Both the position numbers and the translations under genes were made by a program. Positions 39,060-53,063 of a stretch of 64,000 nucleotides of DNA are shown one piece after another (positions within the stretch are counted from its first letter, which is position 1; every line of letters begins with the position of its first letter). Below the pieces are notes generated by a model. That model saw nothing but the letters and a program-made list of their open reading frames with translations. It had not been told where the DNA came from and made no database searches. This stretch comes from Eledone cirrhosa (lineage: Eukaryota): positions 62,001 to 126,000 of the forward strand of contig CAXHJY010000640.1 of assembly GCA_964016885.1 (NCBI GenBank), in the 5' to 3' direction.

Positions 39060-40460
39060 AATTGACCGTGAAGTCTCATGCCGCAGTAACTCCTGGAAAA
39101 TTCCTCAGTTGATGTTTTAGTTGAAGGGAGTTGGAGATAGGACACAGCCCTGCCAGATATTTGAGGGAATTATCAAAGTTCAGATTCCTCACCATAACAG
39201 CAGACCTTTATTCATGTACAGCTGGAAGTATGTTCTAATTAGATTCAACCATTTCATAGGCAGCCCATCTGTGATCATGATATTCCAGAGGGTACCGCAT
39301 TCAACAGAATAAAAAACTGAGACAGTTCACAAGACAGCTTGTGGTATTCTGTTAGTAGTGCCAGCATTGTACCAAAGCCTTCCTCAAAATAAATATTTGA
39401 TCTGTGTAGCCTTGGGCCTTCCACAAACCACACTGATTTTATGGTGTGTTAATCATGCTCATGTTGAAATCTCCATGGAAGAATGATAAAGAATATTTTA
39501 GCTACAATGTCTATCAAACTGATGCCCTCATAGTTATTGCAACAGTGCCTATCACCCTTCTTGAAGAAAGGTAGAATTGCATCACCCCGGTTTTAGGGAG
39601 GAGATTCTATGTCCCAGACAAGGGAACCAATATGTCAGAATAGTTTTTGAAGATTTCAAATCCATCTTCACTCAGAGTTTGTTGTTCTTCACTTCCTGGA
39701 TAGTTACATGCACCATGACAGATTGTGGATCCAAATTGCATACATAGAGGTTGTGCCTGTTGGTTAAGCTGGGTGGCAGATAAGTTGTGATTGAGCAGAT
39801 TCACAAAATGGTCATGCTATCAGCTCTAGCTGTTCATCTAGTTTGAAATAACTGTACTTTGGGTACCAAGGATCCTTTCACTTGTAAGTGGACAGCTCTT
39901 TATGGTCAATTTTAGAAGTTGGTACAGACTTTGGGAATCTCCAATAAAAACTAAATGCTGTATGTCAGTATTCATTGCAATCCATGTAATTAGAGCAGGT
40001 CACCTGTCTTCTGAGTAGCTTATAATTAGTGACATCACCATTTCAAACACAATTGCAACTCTCAGAGAATTCTGTTTTGTAGTCTAGGAGCCAATCTTTC
40101 TGATTACCTTTGGAAAACCCTAATTCTAGAGTTACTACTTCTTGTAGGTGGAATTTGAGGTTGTGCCATTCATGTTCAGCTGTGTGTTGTACTTTGGGTT
40201 TGCATTAACATATTTTGGAAACCATTTAGATGCTTTGTTGGCCTTCAAAAGCATGTGACGTTTTGTCCATATCAAAGTATGATCTGGGTGTTTGTCACTA
40301 TCTTTTTCAGCACCATGATAAGATTGACAGTAAACAGCTGGCACAGTGTGATTGAACAAGGAGATAGTCAGTCTAATTGGCCATGAAGATGAGATTGATG
40401 CCCACATCAATGCTGCATTCTGTTGTCTTGAAATTTGGCTCTGATCTAGTTCAATTTATA
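39060..40460 (-). mobile_element. Old RTE-like LINE remnant (EN-RT)
   Basis: Minus strand QGCVLSPT.FN, NYEGISLIDIVAK and LPFFKKGD motifs. Confidence 0.65.
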
Positions 40461-40509
40461 GGGACATGTCTATTAAACTAAACTTCAATCTATAGATAAC
40501 AGCTTAGAG

Positions 40510-41060
40510 GCTAAAATAAATAATGTGTTGCAAGGGGATTGTCGAGTCTAAGCTAGCTGATGAATGGTGCGGTTTTCGCCCCAGAAACAGCACAGTCGGC
40601 CAAATATTCACACAGCGGCAGGTCTTTGAGAAATCGTGGGAGAATTGCCAAGAGGTATATTCTTGTTTTGTAGACCTCGGAAAAGGCATATGACCGCGTT
40701 TCTCAGGACCTGATGGGTTGTGCAGGAGTATGGTATCGATAGTCAGCTTCTTGTTGCCCTGATGTCTCTATACAAATGCTCAAGTATTTGTGTTCGAATA
40801 AATGGTGCTAAATCCAAACCATTCAATGTGGGAGTCGGACTCCGCCAAGAGTGTATACTGTCACCTCTCCTGTTCATTATTTTCATGAACAGGATTGACA
40901 TGTGCAGCTGTTGGGTTGGAAGTGGTACATGGTTAGCAGGTGCAAAATCAGTCAGCTGGAATTTGCAGATGGTGTTACTTAACTCAACAGACGGTGATTT
41001 TTGACTTGCACTCGTAAGTTTGATGCTGAGTGTTGCATGGCTGGAATGAAAATCAGAGCA
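40510..41060 (+). mobile_element. RTE family B RT fragment
   Basis: CFVDLGK and GVGLRQECILSPLLF motifs; followed by a family A-type 3' tail (41065-41306). Confidence 0.85.
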
Positions 41061-43131
41061 TAACCTCTCTAGTGCTGGTGTCACAAGAAAATGCACTCTG
41101 TAAAGTGGTAGTGTTGGTGCTACAATAAAATGCACATGATACACTCTGTGAAGTGGTTGACATTAGGAATAGCTTCCAGCTGTAGAAATGTCAAATATGG
41201 AACATATGAGCTAGACGTGGTTCTCCAACCAATCTAGTCTCAGAATGTGACAATTCAGCCCACATAGGAAACAGACATAAAAGGATGATGATGATGATGA
41301 TGATGATATAAAGCACTACGGACTAGTATGAATTTAAAAGGTAATTTCAATAAATGATTGAATGAAATAGTTGCCTTTGCCAAAGGTCAATTGTTTAAAT
41401 GATGCAGATTGGTTTCTATTGCTTGTTATTATTGCTAACATTATAACCTTAGTTATGACTAAGGTTATTAGGTTAGCAAAAATAAACTTAGTCACAGAAA
41501 ACCAACTTTAGTATAAACAATCTGATTATACATTATACATGTGACCACTCAGTACACTAGCTTAGCATTCATGGGCATTGCAAGAAGCTTGTAATTTTAT
41601 CTGAATTAGAAAAACTACTAGGTGAAACTTCCCAAAAAATATATAGACTGCCTGTACATAAATTGAATTTCTTCAATATGAAATATTACCCTCTATGAAC
41701 TGGTACAGTTAACAATTGTCATCACATCATGATTTTCATTTAGAATTTTCCTCTTCAAGTGTAGTATAATGATATGTTGCTGATTTAAATGACTCTTATT
41801 TCTTTCGAGCAAAAAGGTCAAATTTATTATTTTTACTATGATAAAATAGTTTCTTGTATGTATGAATTGTTATAGATAGATTTTTTTTTTATTTGATATT
41901 TCTTTTGAAGACCTTTTTATCTTGACAAGCTATAATTTAATCTTTTTTACTGATAAAAATATCTTTCAAATATGAGTCCCAATTTCCATGTGTAACTTTG
42001 GTATTATAAAATTAACATCAACTGTTTCTATCATAGCTATTTATGTGGTTTTGTTTCTTTGTTCATTGTTACAGATTACTAAAATCATTACAATCGTCAA
42101 ATATATAGCTTTCATGATAGTTTGCTATTGAATACCACAATTTAAACCTTTGGAAACAAAACTGCTTGAAACCACCTCTGGTTTTATGATATGCTTATAT
42201 TTATCTAGAAAATCTTCCATCTTAATTTTATGTAAGAATCTTACATATTACTAAATCTCTCTAAATTCTTGGTTAAAATAATTTGAAAATTATAAGCATT
42301 TCTTTTTTTTGTGGGAAGGGGGGGGGGGGGGGGGGGGTGTCGATAGAAATATTATAATGAAAGGGTTAAAGTGACATTGGATTAAATGATATTCAAAGAT
42401 ATTTTAAAATTGTTTCTTGAGACTTGAATCAATATATTTCCTTTTCTCTGTAGAATCTGTAATAGATTCCCAATGATTCCCAATCAAACTATCTTTCACA
42501 ACCTAAACAATACACTTTCTGATCATCAATTCTTCACAATCATTTATGGCTCTCAGACTGCCAAACTGTAATATTCCTTCTATTTCTTGTGAAATAATGA
42601 TTAAAGCTTCTCTGACCTATATATTTATTAAAATATAAATCACACTTAAAGCCAATGTAGATACTATATTGATTGAAACTGTAACTATTTTGAAAGGTAA
42701 AGGAAGCTTTCAATTTGGGTATAAGCTATCATCATCACCACTTCATCTTCATGTCTGTTTTTCCAGCCTGGTATGTGTTTGACAATACATTTTTGATGCA
42801 GTTTAAGTCTGCTATATATTGCTCATCATCATGAAATCAGTTAGCTGCAGGACATATTTTTTATGCAGAACATGAACAAATATCACGAAATGCTTTAAAG
42901 CATTGTTGTTCTGTAGGCATGTAGAGACAAACACATAGAAACCCATCATGCATGTGTGCATATCTACCAAATTTACTCACAAGGCATTGGTCAGCCTGAA
43001 GCTATAATAAATGTGCTTGTAAAGCAAACTACTTATGCATTAACTATACCTACGCTAATGTAAGCTATAAGAACTGTATACCTAAAATATAACTCATACT
43101 TTACATATATTCTTATGTAGAAATTATTTTA

Positions 43132-43171
<40 letters not shown>

Positions 43172-43387
43172 GATTCCTTATTTCTGTGCCTCTACTTCAC
43201 TATTTCCTTCCCCCCTCCTTCCAAACCTATACTTCCCTTCCTCTTTACCTTTAGTACAAGCTTTTGAACCAAGAAAGTACTTTGTTAGACCTTTATTAGC
43301 TTTTAAGAGTTTGGAGGTATAGGTTTGCATATGTGATATCCACATATATCTTTTTAATTTGAGATATTTTTTGATTTCAAGGTTATA

Positions 43388-45770
43388 TTTTAAGACTTTT
43401 AACATCTCGGGCTGGATTTCATCTTCCCCAATGGCCTTGCCATACTTGAACTCTTTAACTGCTCTTGTAACCTCAGATTAGTCACCGCTCCCAGATGCAC
43501 CTTGTGTGCATCAGAAGATGCTGTTGTGATCGGGATTTGGAGATCAGCAAAGTATTCTCTCCACCTCGCTAGAATGCACCTCTCTAAAGAGAGAACCCTA
43601 GACGAGTTCCTTATAGCAGGTGTGGAGGAGGACTTCTTAATACAAAGTCGGCTGATGGTTTGCAAGAACACTTTATTTGCAGATCTGAAGTTGAATTCCA
43701 GCTTAACCCCAAAGTCCTCCCAAGTCTCAACTTTGGATGCCTTTACTGTCTCTGCTGCGATTCTTCATGCCTGCTTGTACCACAAGTGCAAGAAGGAGGA
43801 TGTATTTTCAAGCCAAGCTTTGTAGGCCTCCTTCTTTGCTTGGTTGGTAACTTTGACCACTTAAGTGAACCAAGGGGTCTTCATGCCATCCGGCGCCATA
43901 CCAAGCCTATTTTGCCTGCATCATTTAACAGCTGAAGCAGAAACTGCTTAGCTGAACAAAATCAATGTCCTCAGTTTACTCAGGGAGTTCCCTGAATTTG
44001 GATGCAACTGTACCTGCGTAGCTCATCCTGACTTCCTTATTCACTAACTCTTCCCACTTTATCATGTAGGTTGCCCTGGTCCTGCCAGTTTTGTGGGCTT
44101 CTTTAGCTTTAGGTAGTCTCAAGTTACAGATAATTAGATGGTGTTCAGTTGACAGCTCAACACCTCTCTTAACATCCAGCATAGAAATGAAGAGATCGGA
44201 GACAAGAACAGAATCAATTATTGTCATTGATTCCCCTTAAACCATGTATATTTATGGATGTCTCTATGTTAGAAGATGGTGCTCGTAATAGAGAGTCCAT
44301 TGTTGGAACAGAAGTCTAATAAAGCCTCTCCATTCGTATTTAGATTGGGGTCACCATTCATTCCAATCATTCTTTTCCATGTTAGGTGGTCAGTGCCAAG
44401 TATTCTCTGGCTGACTTGGGTGTGCCAGGTGGTCTGGATCTCTTGAAAGGCACCTAAGCAATGGCAATCAGGAGTCATAATCCCAATTTTCAAAAAGGGA
44501 GACCAGAGAGATTGTTCCAATTATGGAGGGATCTCCTTGTTAAGCCTCCCCAGTAAAGTCTATGCTAAGTGCCTGGCAAAGAGATACAGGGAGATTGTCG
44601 AGTCCAAGCTAACTGACGAACAATGCAATCTTCATCATGGACACAGCACAGCCAATCAAATATTCACACTGCGGCAGGTCTTTGAGAAATCTTGGGAGTG
44701 TTGCTAAGTGGTATATTCTTGTTTTATTGACCTCTAAATGACATATGTGGAAGGTTGTGCAGGAGTATGGGATTCATGGTCAGCTTCTTGCTGCTCCGAT
44801 GTCTCTATATGAATGCCCGAGTATTTGTATCTAGATAAATGGTGCTAAATTGAAACCATTCAATGTAGGAGTCAGACACTGCCTAGAGTACGTACTGTGA
44901 CCTCTCCTGTTCATTATTTTCATGAACAGGATTGACATGTGCAACTGGGTTGGAAGTGGTATAACGACTGGCAGATGTAAAATCAGTTGACTGGAATTTG
45001 CAGACAACATGGTGTTATTTAACTCAACAGAAGGTGATCTTTGACTTGCACTTGATAGGTTTGATGCCAAGTGTTGCATGGCTGGAATGAAAATCAATGC
45101 TGTGAAAATTGAGACACTCGTCCTCTCAAGGAAGCCCGTGCAGTTCACTCTACATGTGAATGGAGTTCCACTGAAGCAGGTGGAGAAGTTCAAGTATCTC
45201 AGGGCCATGTTCATGAGTGATGGAAGGCTGAATTGAATGCAATAATTGTAGGAGCTGGTGCAGTAATGCACCAGCTTCGGCATTCGGTAATTAGAATAAG
45301 GGAGGTAGGTGTCAAAGCCAAACTCGCTGTCTTCAATTCAGTATTCATGCCAACCCTTACCTATGGTCATGAATCTTAGGTAATGACCAAAAAGAATACA
45401 ATTGCGAATACAAGCGGCTGAAATGGAGTAACGTTACTTGGTAGAGTACATAGCTCAGAGATCAGAGAATCTCTCCAGGTATAGCTGCTACTTCTCTGAA
45501 TTGAGAGATCAAGGCTCTGATACTATGGGCATGTGGTTAGAATGTCTCAGGAAGGAATCGCAGGACAGATTTTGTGAGCAAAACTAACCGGCAGGAGATT
45601 TAGGGGCTGACCCTGAGCAAGATGGTTGGATAACATCCACGAGCTTCGCTGGTCTTGCTTGGGGATGCAGCTGGATCAGTTGGAGATGGTTGCTTCTGAC
45701 AGGATCCGCTGGAGGAAGTGTTTGGGGACTCTGCCCCCATGACCCTCTTAGGAATATGTGGGCAAAGAAA
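43388..45770 (+). mobile_element. RTE family B LINE with 5' inversion (43388-44399 minus, 44400-45770 plus)
   Basis: The minus segment ends at EMLKVL; the plus segment resumes at (S)ILWLT, which is nearly adjacent sequence in the 17500 copy. Confidence 0.88.
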
Positions 45771-46777
45771 AAGTTTTTATCTTCTTAACTATTCTTAGCT
45801 AGTACAGTTGTTAAATACGCCATTTTCAAAATGTATTTGTTTGATTAAATCTTACAAACTAAATCATATTAAATGTAGTCTTTACTGATATTCTGTAGAC
45901 ATCACAACATACATTGCGATTGGGTTTAATAATGTTTCTGTACTATGCTTAATTTTAGATAACAAATTGCAGTTCTCTATACTTATGTAAATTTGCAGCT
46001 AAGTTAATCAATAAGGTTTGATGACCCTAATTCTATCAGATGAACTAGTGACTCCTTTTTCAACTGAACTCTTAACATTTTGTAACGATTGTGTAGAAAA
46101 TATCTAAATGTGTGTTTAATTATTATTAGCACAGTCACCTTAGCTATAAATAGTTGTAATATAAAGTAAATCAGTAGTGATGATATGGTATAAATTTGAT
46201 ATATATTCTTTAACTTATTATTGAGTTCAACTTCCATCATTATTTCAGAGCACTAGAAACCATTCCTGTATGTCTTCTTCAAAGAAATCTTAAAATGAAA
46301 GTTAGATTGCTAGGAGTTCACTCTCTCTGTAACATTATAAAGTGGTGTGATTTAAAAAAATAAAATACTTATTGTATCAGGAAAGAATATTTCTTTAATG
46401 TGTTTTTAATTATTTCCAACCACTTTATAGTGCAACTATGCAAACTCATAGTGTTATATTGAATAGATAAAACACTATTTGAAGCTTCCAGTAGCTCAGG
46501 AATAAAATAGTCTTAAAAGATTTGATTGATCTTGCCATCAATTTACTTGAAATTTCACAATTATGTTTGGTTCACTCAATTGCCATTAAACTGGTTATTC
46601 AGCAGCATAGAATCGTGTGCATTACATTTAGACAAGTAAAGTTTTTGCCATGCAATTTATCCATAAGTTTAGTCCAGGTAATTTCAAAAGGTTTTCTTTC
46701 TAGACCTTTTATTGCTTCTTATTTCTGATTGTCATCTAAATTTCAGACCTCATATTTATTGAAAAAGTAATGATAAT

Positions 46778-46967
46778 AATAATTGTTTCTACGTTAGGCA
46801 CAAGGCCAGCAATTACCCAGTGCATTACTGGTACTTTATTTTATCGGCCCCGTAAGGATGAAAGGCAAAGTCAACCTCGGTGGGATTTGAACTCAGATCG
46901 TAAAGGGACGTAACTATGCTGGAAAGCATGGCGTCCGATCCTCTACCGATACTGCCAATCCACCACC
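46778..46967 (-). mobile_element. Full-length tRNA-derived SINE
   Basis: Family match; flanked by agtaatgataataataat repeats. Confidence 0.9.
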
Positions 46968-46989
46968 CAGTAATGATAATAATAATGAT

Positions 46990-48870
46990 GATGATTTCTT
47001 TATTGGCCACTAGGTCCTATATATAGGGGACAATAAAATCGAATGAAAATACACAATTAAAAAAACAATTAACAATGGAAATATATATAAAATATAACAA
47101 AATAAATTCCCCAATAGGTGGGAGGGGGTCCAGACAGTGGCAACTTGGTGGTACTCCACCAAGCCTGAACCATCCTATGCTTCAAAGGCACCTGGAAAGG
47201 TCATCCCTCCCCCTCTCTCTCAAATTAAGCAGCCTACAGGCGCATGCTCAGAATAGGCCATTCACTCGGACCATTCTCGCTACATTCACCCAACCGTTAG
47301 CAAATGTATTGGTGGGGGTGCAGCACTTCTCTCTCCACCCTCACCTTCCTTTCCGAGTGAAACTTGAAAACGTTGATGAGGGATTGGTCAAAGTGTCTGT
47401 CTTCAGTCCTTTCAACCTGGTCCACCACACTACCTCTTTCGCTACTACCACCAGGCAGAGGAAAATTGCCTGCCCTTCCAGTCCAAAAGAAGGTGGCGGG
47501 TTGATCTTCACTATGGATTCAGTCAATAGCTGGAACCGTTCTGCATGCAACAACAGCTGTTTGTCTTAACTCTATCTGTCAGTAATGCACGGACACTGGA
47601 CGAGTGTGTGCAAAAGTTTTGTCGCTCTGCATGCATCTCAGACAGGTTGGTCTAACAGCATTTCCATGCCTGTAGAGTTTATCTCAAACTGGCATTGCCC
47701 CCTGGTAGCACTGCCAAGAGAGAGATTTCTGAAAGTTATCTATAGTCCCAGGCTCAAAGTCCTCCGGAACAGACTGGTCTGTTCAATTTCTTTGATGCCC
47801 AGAGCCTCTCCAAGTGTGTCGATGCACTTGCCCACCACTAATCCTCTATAGAACTTGAGAGTGGCAGTTCCACTGACCGCATTGCCCACCTGGTAGAGGG
47901 CAGTGGATATCTGGGAACATTCCAGATGCCAGGCGCCCAGTCTCGGTCTTTTCTTGATCCAGGACTGCAGCTCAGTCAAAGAGACAACTGAAAAGGCCTC
48001 TCTCACAAAAGGCAACCATACCTGTCCACATAGATGATGCTGGCAGCAGATGGACTGCCTCACCAATGAAACTTGTCCCCTGCACAAGAATTTAAGAAGG
48101 AGCTGTTCCAACTGGCGAGGCGCAGTTGGGGGCAATGTATGACAGTCAGGTGGTAGTAGATGATGGACGTGATTTATGCATATGCCGACACAACCTTTCC
48201 CCATCCCGGTTCAAGCGGGATGCCCTGCAACAGCTCCAGCTTTCACAGTAAAGGCTTGAGAGTCAATGCATACAGAAGGAAGGAGAGAGAGCACCCTAGA
48301 CAGACTGATTGGGAGATCTGAAATGGTTCCAAAAGATGGCCATTAACTTTGACCAGCTGCTGTGCATTGCAGCAATCCATCCTCTGAAGACGGGACTGAA
48401 ACTAGCTGACTTGAGGAAAGCCTTCAGGTATCGATGGTCAACCCTATTGAAAGTTTTTAATTGATCTAAATTGATCAGAGCCCCACTGCAGCCAGGTTTA
48501 CACCCTACTCTCTTTATGATGTATCGCATGAGTTGGAGTTTATCGTGTATGGACCTGGTTGGGATTGTTCAAGTTTGCACCTCCCCTACTAAATCCTCAA
48601 TGACAAGTGCCAACCTCTTTGCTAACACCATGGCCAAAATCTTAAACTCTATGTTCAGAAGAGTTGTGGACCTAAAGTTGTCTAATGTATCTCTCTTGTT
48701 TTTGTCTTTCCTTATCAGAATTGGGAATACTCCTATTCGGCTGCCAGTTACAGTAGAGCGCTTCGGGGAGAACAAGTCTGGCATATTCACGTAAAGCTCA
48801 TAGGGTAGACCATCCAAACCGGGTGACTTGTGCCTGGTGCAGCCAACTAGGGCATCCCAAATCTTGGCTC
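46990..48870 (-). mobile_element. L1/Tx1-clade LINE fragment (RT + C-terminal region)
   Basis: PGLDGLPYELY, TLLNIEFKILAMVLAKRL and LDQLKTFNRVDHRYL motifs; degenerate C-terminal Cys/His motif. Confidence 0.8.
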
Positions 48871-48879
48871 AAGTTATAA

Positions 48880-49245
48880 TAACAATGGTTTCTGATTTAG
48901 GCACAAAGCCAATAATTTGAGGAGAGTGGAAAGTCGATTAAATCGACCCTGGTGCTTTATTTTGTCAACCCCATAAGGATGAAAGGCAAAGCTAACCTCA
49001 GCGGGATTTGAACTCAGAATGTATAGGGCCGTAACTCTATGCTGAAAAGCCTGTTGTCTGACGCTCTACCAATACTGCCAATCCACAATCCTAATAATAA
49101 TAATTATAATAATAATAATGATTGTTTCTACTTTAGGCACAAGGCCAGCAGTTTGAAGGAGCGTTAAAAGTCAATTAAATCGACCCAGTGGATTACTGGT
49201 ACTTTATTTTGTCAACCCTATAAGAATGAAAGGCAAAACTAACCC
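48880..49245 (-). mobile_element. Two SINE copies
   Basis: Family matches. Confidence 0.8.
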
Positions 49246-49469
49246 TTTTACTTATGTGTTTCCATGCTTGAATGGGTTGGATAAGTCTTTTACAGCTTCC
49301 CTCCACTCATATTCAGCTCTTCTGTGAAGTTTAGGGATTTAAGATCAGTTCTCACAACCTCTGCTCACATCTTCTTTAGGTTTCCTCTACAGCAGCTTCC
49401 TTCCACTGGGAACTTTTGGCACTGCTTCACCTAATAATCATCATTGATACTCATCACACCCATACATAA

Positions 49470-49745
49470 TAATACTCCAAAAAGCTGAATAGAGAAGCAA
49501 AATTCACAAAACTGGCTATGGAGTACTGGACTAAAAGGCAAGGCAGAAGGAGTTCTAATTGCAGCACAAGATCAAAGCAACCATTCTCTGGGATATGCCA
49601 ATACACACAGACAGGGAAATCAAAGCCAACAGACTGGATATTGTAGTCAAAGGCCACAAAGAAAAAAATTGTCTTCTAATTGATGTTTCAATCCCCACAG
49701 ATGACAATATATCTACCAAGGAAATGGAGAAACTATCCAAATCTA
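49470..49745 (+). mobile_element. Fragment of restriction-like-endonuclease non-LTR element (R4/Dong/NeSL type)
   Basis: ILWDMPIHTDREIKANRLDIVVK..KEKNCLLIDVSIPTDDNISTKEMEKLSK matches the (N)RPDIV...IDV..P RLE pattern. Confidence 0.75.
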
Positions 49746-51321
49746 AAAATATATGTATGTATATCAGCTCAGGATATGATTATAATGATCATGCCCTGAT
49801 CATGCTTTGATATCAAAACAATTGTCATATGCTAATAATGTACAGTGGAGTGCTTTATGATGTAATGGAGATCAGAGGCCCTGACACCAACTGAGGAGGA
49901 CTACCACCCCAGACCAAGGCTACTTGCCAAAACTTAGTCTACCTCAAAGTCTGGACTACATTGTACACTGCTACATATACCCATATGGGCCGAGATCTCT
50001 GATTGACTTTCTGAATTGTTTGATGTATCTTCCTGATTCCTTGTTTCTACTTGACCTTCTATATCTTGTACTAACTGAGTTTTTACCTTTATAGTTTAGT
50101 GTTTTTTCTGGTGTTTATATTAAAAGTTGTATCTCAGACCTTACATTACATATTATTCAATTTCATTTTTATTTTTATTTTTTATCTTATTTCATTATAT
50201 TTTATTGAATTGGATTTTGGGTTTCTATTATAGCTTTTATTATACTATATATTTCAAATATAACTTGTGTACACCTTAACATACAGGTTATCTCATACCT
50301 TATATGTGGTGCCAAATGTTTCAGTAGGGTCCCTGCTCCAATAGCTTCAATGAAGTATTAATTCATTAATTGCATTTTGCTATTTCTTTCACTTATTTAC
50401 CATCCATTAATTATATATTTATCACCACCCCACCTATGAAATTCACTCACTGCCTAACATTCAATATAGTTCTCTTGTATTATAACTACACAGGGATTGC
50501 AAACTACAAAATTCCATATGGAATCTAATATTGAGCAACTCATGGGACCCAATACTAGCTAAGGATTTAATCTGATTTTATTCTAATTTTAATTTAACTT
50601 AATTTTGTTATATTTTATTTTTTATTTCTTCAATTTTGCCTTCAACTATATACTTACATTTTTTGCCCATCCCCATAATTCTATCATCATGATCATTTGG
50701 TAATTGTCAGGTATGCGTTACATCACTGACTGACCATCTGAGGACTTTCCAAGTTACACACAAGATGCCTGAATTTGTTTCCATTCCTTGAGTGTTTGAA
50801 ATTAAATAATTTCCCAATCTTCAATATATGAATACATTCAGTACTGGTATATATTTTTTGGACCTTGCAGAGATGAGGAGAGTCATTATGTCGGTCGCTA
50901 GAGAATGCCAAACCACACGCTCCTTGTCTTTTCTTTCACAATGCAAACACACACACATAAGTGAGAATACATTACTTACCTTGAATCAATTATTTTAACG
51001 AAACACTGGCAATAACTAATATATATTTATATTTTATCAATATTTACCCATAAGTTACATTATTTAAAAATTTATACTTTTTTCTTAATGTAGTTTGTAC
51101 GTGATGTATTTTACATAATTCATTTTTGTTCATTTACTTGACATGACTTTCAACCTAACTTTCATTACTTTTTATACATTTTTATAACCCTCTTGACCTC
51201 CATGGAACATATCTCTTTTAATCGATCTTCTCCACCGTCACACTTGGCTGGTTTTGGCCAGGATATATTCACACAGAATTTATTGCTTCTCACCTATGTG
51301 GCTGTGGTCCAGGCAACTATA

Positions 51322-51514
51322 ATTAATTTTTCTACTTTTGGCACAAGGCCATCAATCATCCCAGTACATTACTGGTACTTTATTTTATCAACCCCGTAAG
51401 GATGAAAGGCAAAGTGAACCTCGGCGGGATTTGAACTCAGACCATAAAGGGGCGTAACTCTATGCTGCAAAGCATAGCGTCTGACCTTCTACCGATACTG
51501 CCAATCCCCCGCCC
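51322..51514 (-). mobile_element. SINE with TSD
   Basis: Family match; TSD is actataattaa. Confidence 0.85.
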
Positions 51515-52269
51515 AGATGACTATAATTAAAGGCATCTATAACAGCAGGATGTATGTTGCCACTAAACAAGCCCCACACCCATCTTGGTCACGCCTACCA
51601 AACTTGCCCAAGATACCATGCAGTGAGATCAAACCTGAAACCATGCAGCCATGCTTCTAGTATTTAAATTGAAAACAATTATTAGCAGCTAGCTTAGAAT
51701 GTCTCAAATCCAATGTAAATAATGATGTTTTTTCTGCAAGTTAAATTAATTTACATGCATGGAATTATTAATTACATATTCACTTTCTAAATAGGATTTA
51801 TAGAAATCCCAGTTGCTGAAAAAAAAGTCTCATAAGGAAGAGATTATCAACATGCCTCTGTTTTGACAGGTGATGGTATTTATAAGTTGATTTTGACTTG
51901 GTTGCTCCAAAAGTGGCATTTATTGTTTCTGTAGATCATTCTGAAGTGGTTAGGATAAAAAATTTGCCACATTTAAAATAGTGAAACTTTACAAATTTTT
52001 GCTGCCCCAGATCTGATGAAGAACTGTTATTTTGTCCATTTTCATCCAACTTAGAAAATGTCAAATAGCTTCAGCATTATTCACTTTGTTGCACCTAAAT
52101 ATGCTTAGAGATGTCACTAATAAATTCTATAATTGTTAATATAGATTATTTTGAGGTATTTAAATGTATTTAAACTTAACTTAATGTCAAATAATTGTTT
52201 CTACTTTTGGCACAAGGCCAGCAATTATCCCAGTGTATTACTGGTCCTTTATTTTATTAATGTCAAATA

Positions 52270-52925
52270 ATAACCTATCAAAGGTGACAAATGAAATCTG
52301 TGGCTGGAGCAGGCCAAAAGACAGGCATGGAAAAAATGGCAGGATAGGGGGAAATAGAGAGTACTACCAGGTGCCTCAGAGAGAAGCTAGGCGACAAGTG
52401 TAAGAAGGGAAGCAGAAGATAAAAAATTTAAGCATATTCTGCAACACGAGGACCAAAGGCGTGAGGTGTTTAGGATTGCGAGACAATGTGTCAAGGAAAA
52501 TTGTGATATTGTTGGGGAGAAGTGTGTCCGTGGTGATAATGGAGTACTTGCACTCACTGATGCTGAAAAGAAGGTAGCATGGAAGTGCCACTACTGAAAA
52601 ACTACTAAATGAGGAGAATGAATGGGATGAAAATAATTTGACTCAAATTGAGGGACTGGCTGTACAAGTTAGTAGTAGTATAGTAAGTAAGGCAATCGAA
52701 GATATGAAGACAAGCAAGGCAGCTGGACCTTCGGGGATAGTTGCTGAGATGCTGAAAGCATCTGGAATGGTGGGTCACACCATAGTCACCCATACAGTAA
52801 ACCAAGTAATACAAAATGGGGTCATACTAAATGACTGGCATAACAGCATCATCATTAACTGCTACAAAGGCAAAGGAGATGTTCTACATAGTAAAAACTA
52901 TGGAGCCATTAAGTAGGTTGACCAG
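52270..52925 (+). mobile_element. Decayed RTE family A fragment (linker/RT N-terminus)
   Basis: KAAGPSGIVAEMLKASG and NCYKGKGD motifs; contains stops. Confidence 0.85.
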
Positions 52926-53063
52926 TTCCCTAACATTTAGGGGACTGCTGGAGAATCGGGGGATATTGTTTAGTGGCTTTCACTAGATCTACCAAATCAT
53001 AATATTATAAAATTAAATCAAATTGTTTAAAACTACAAGATATATATATATATATATTTGCCC

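Noticed and set aside
50700-50990. Possible host exon in unique-looking sequence
   Set aside because: No consistent splice-site pair or recognisable peptide.
52005-52066. CTGATGA...GAAA as another hammerhead (also ~9949 and ~10269)
   Set aside because: I could not build convincing stem I/II pairing.
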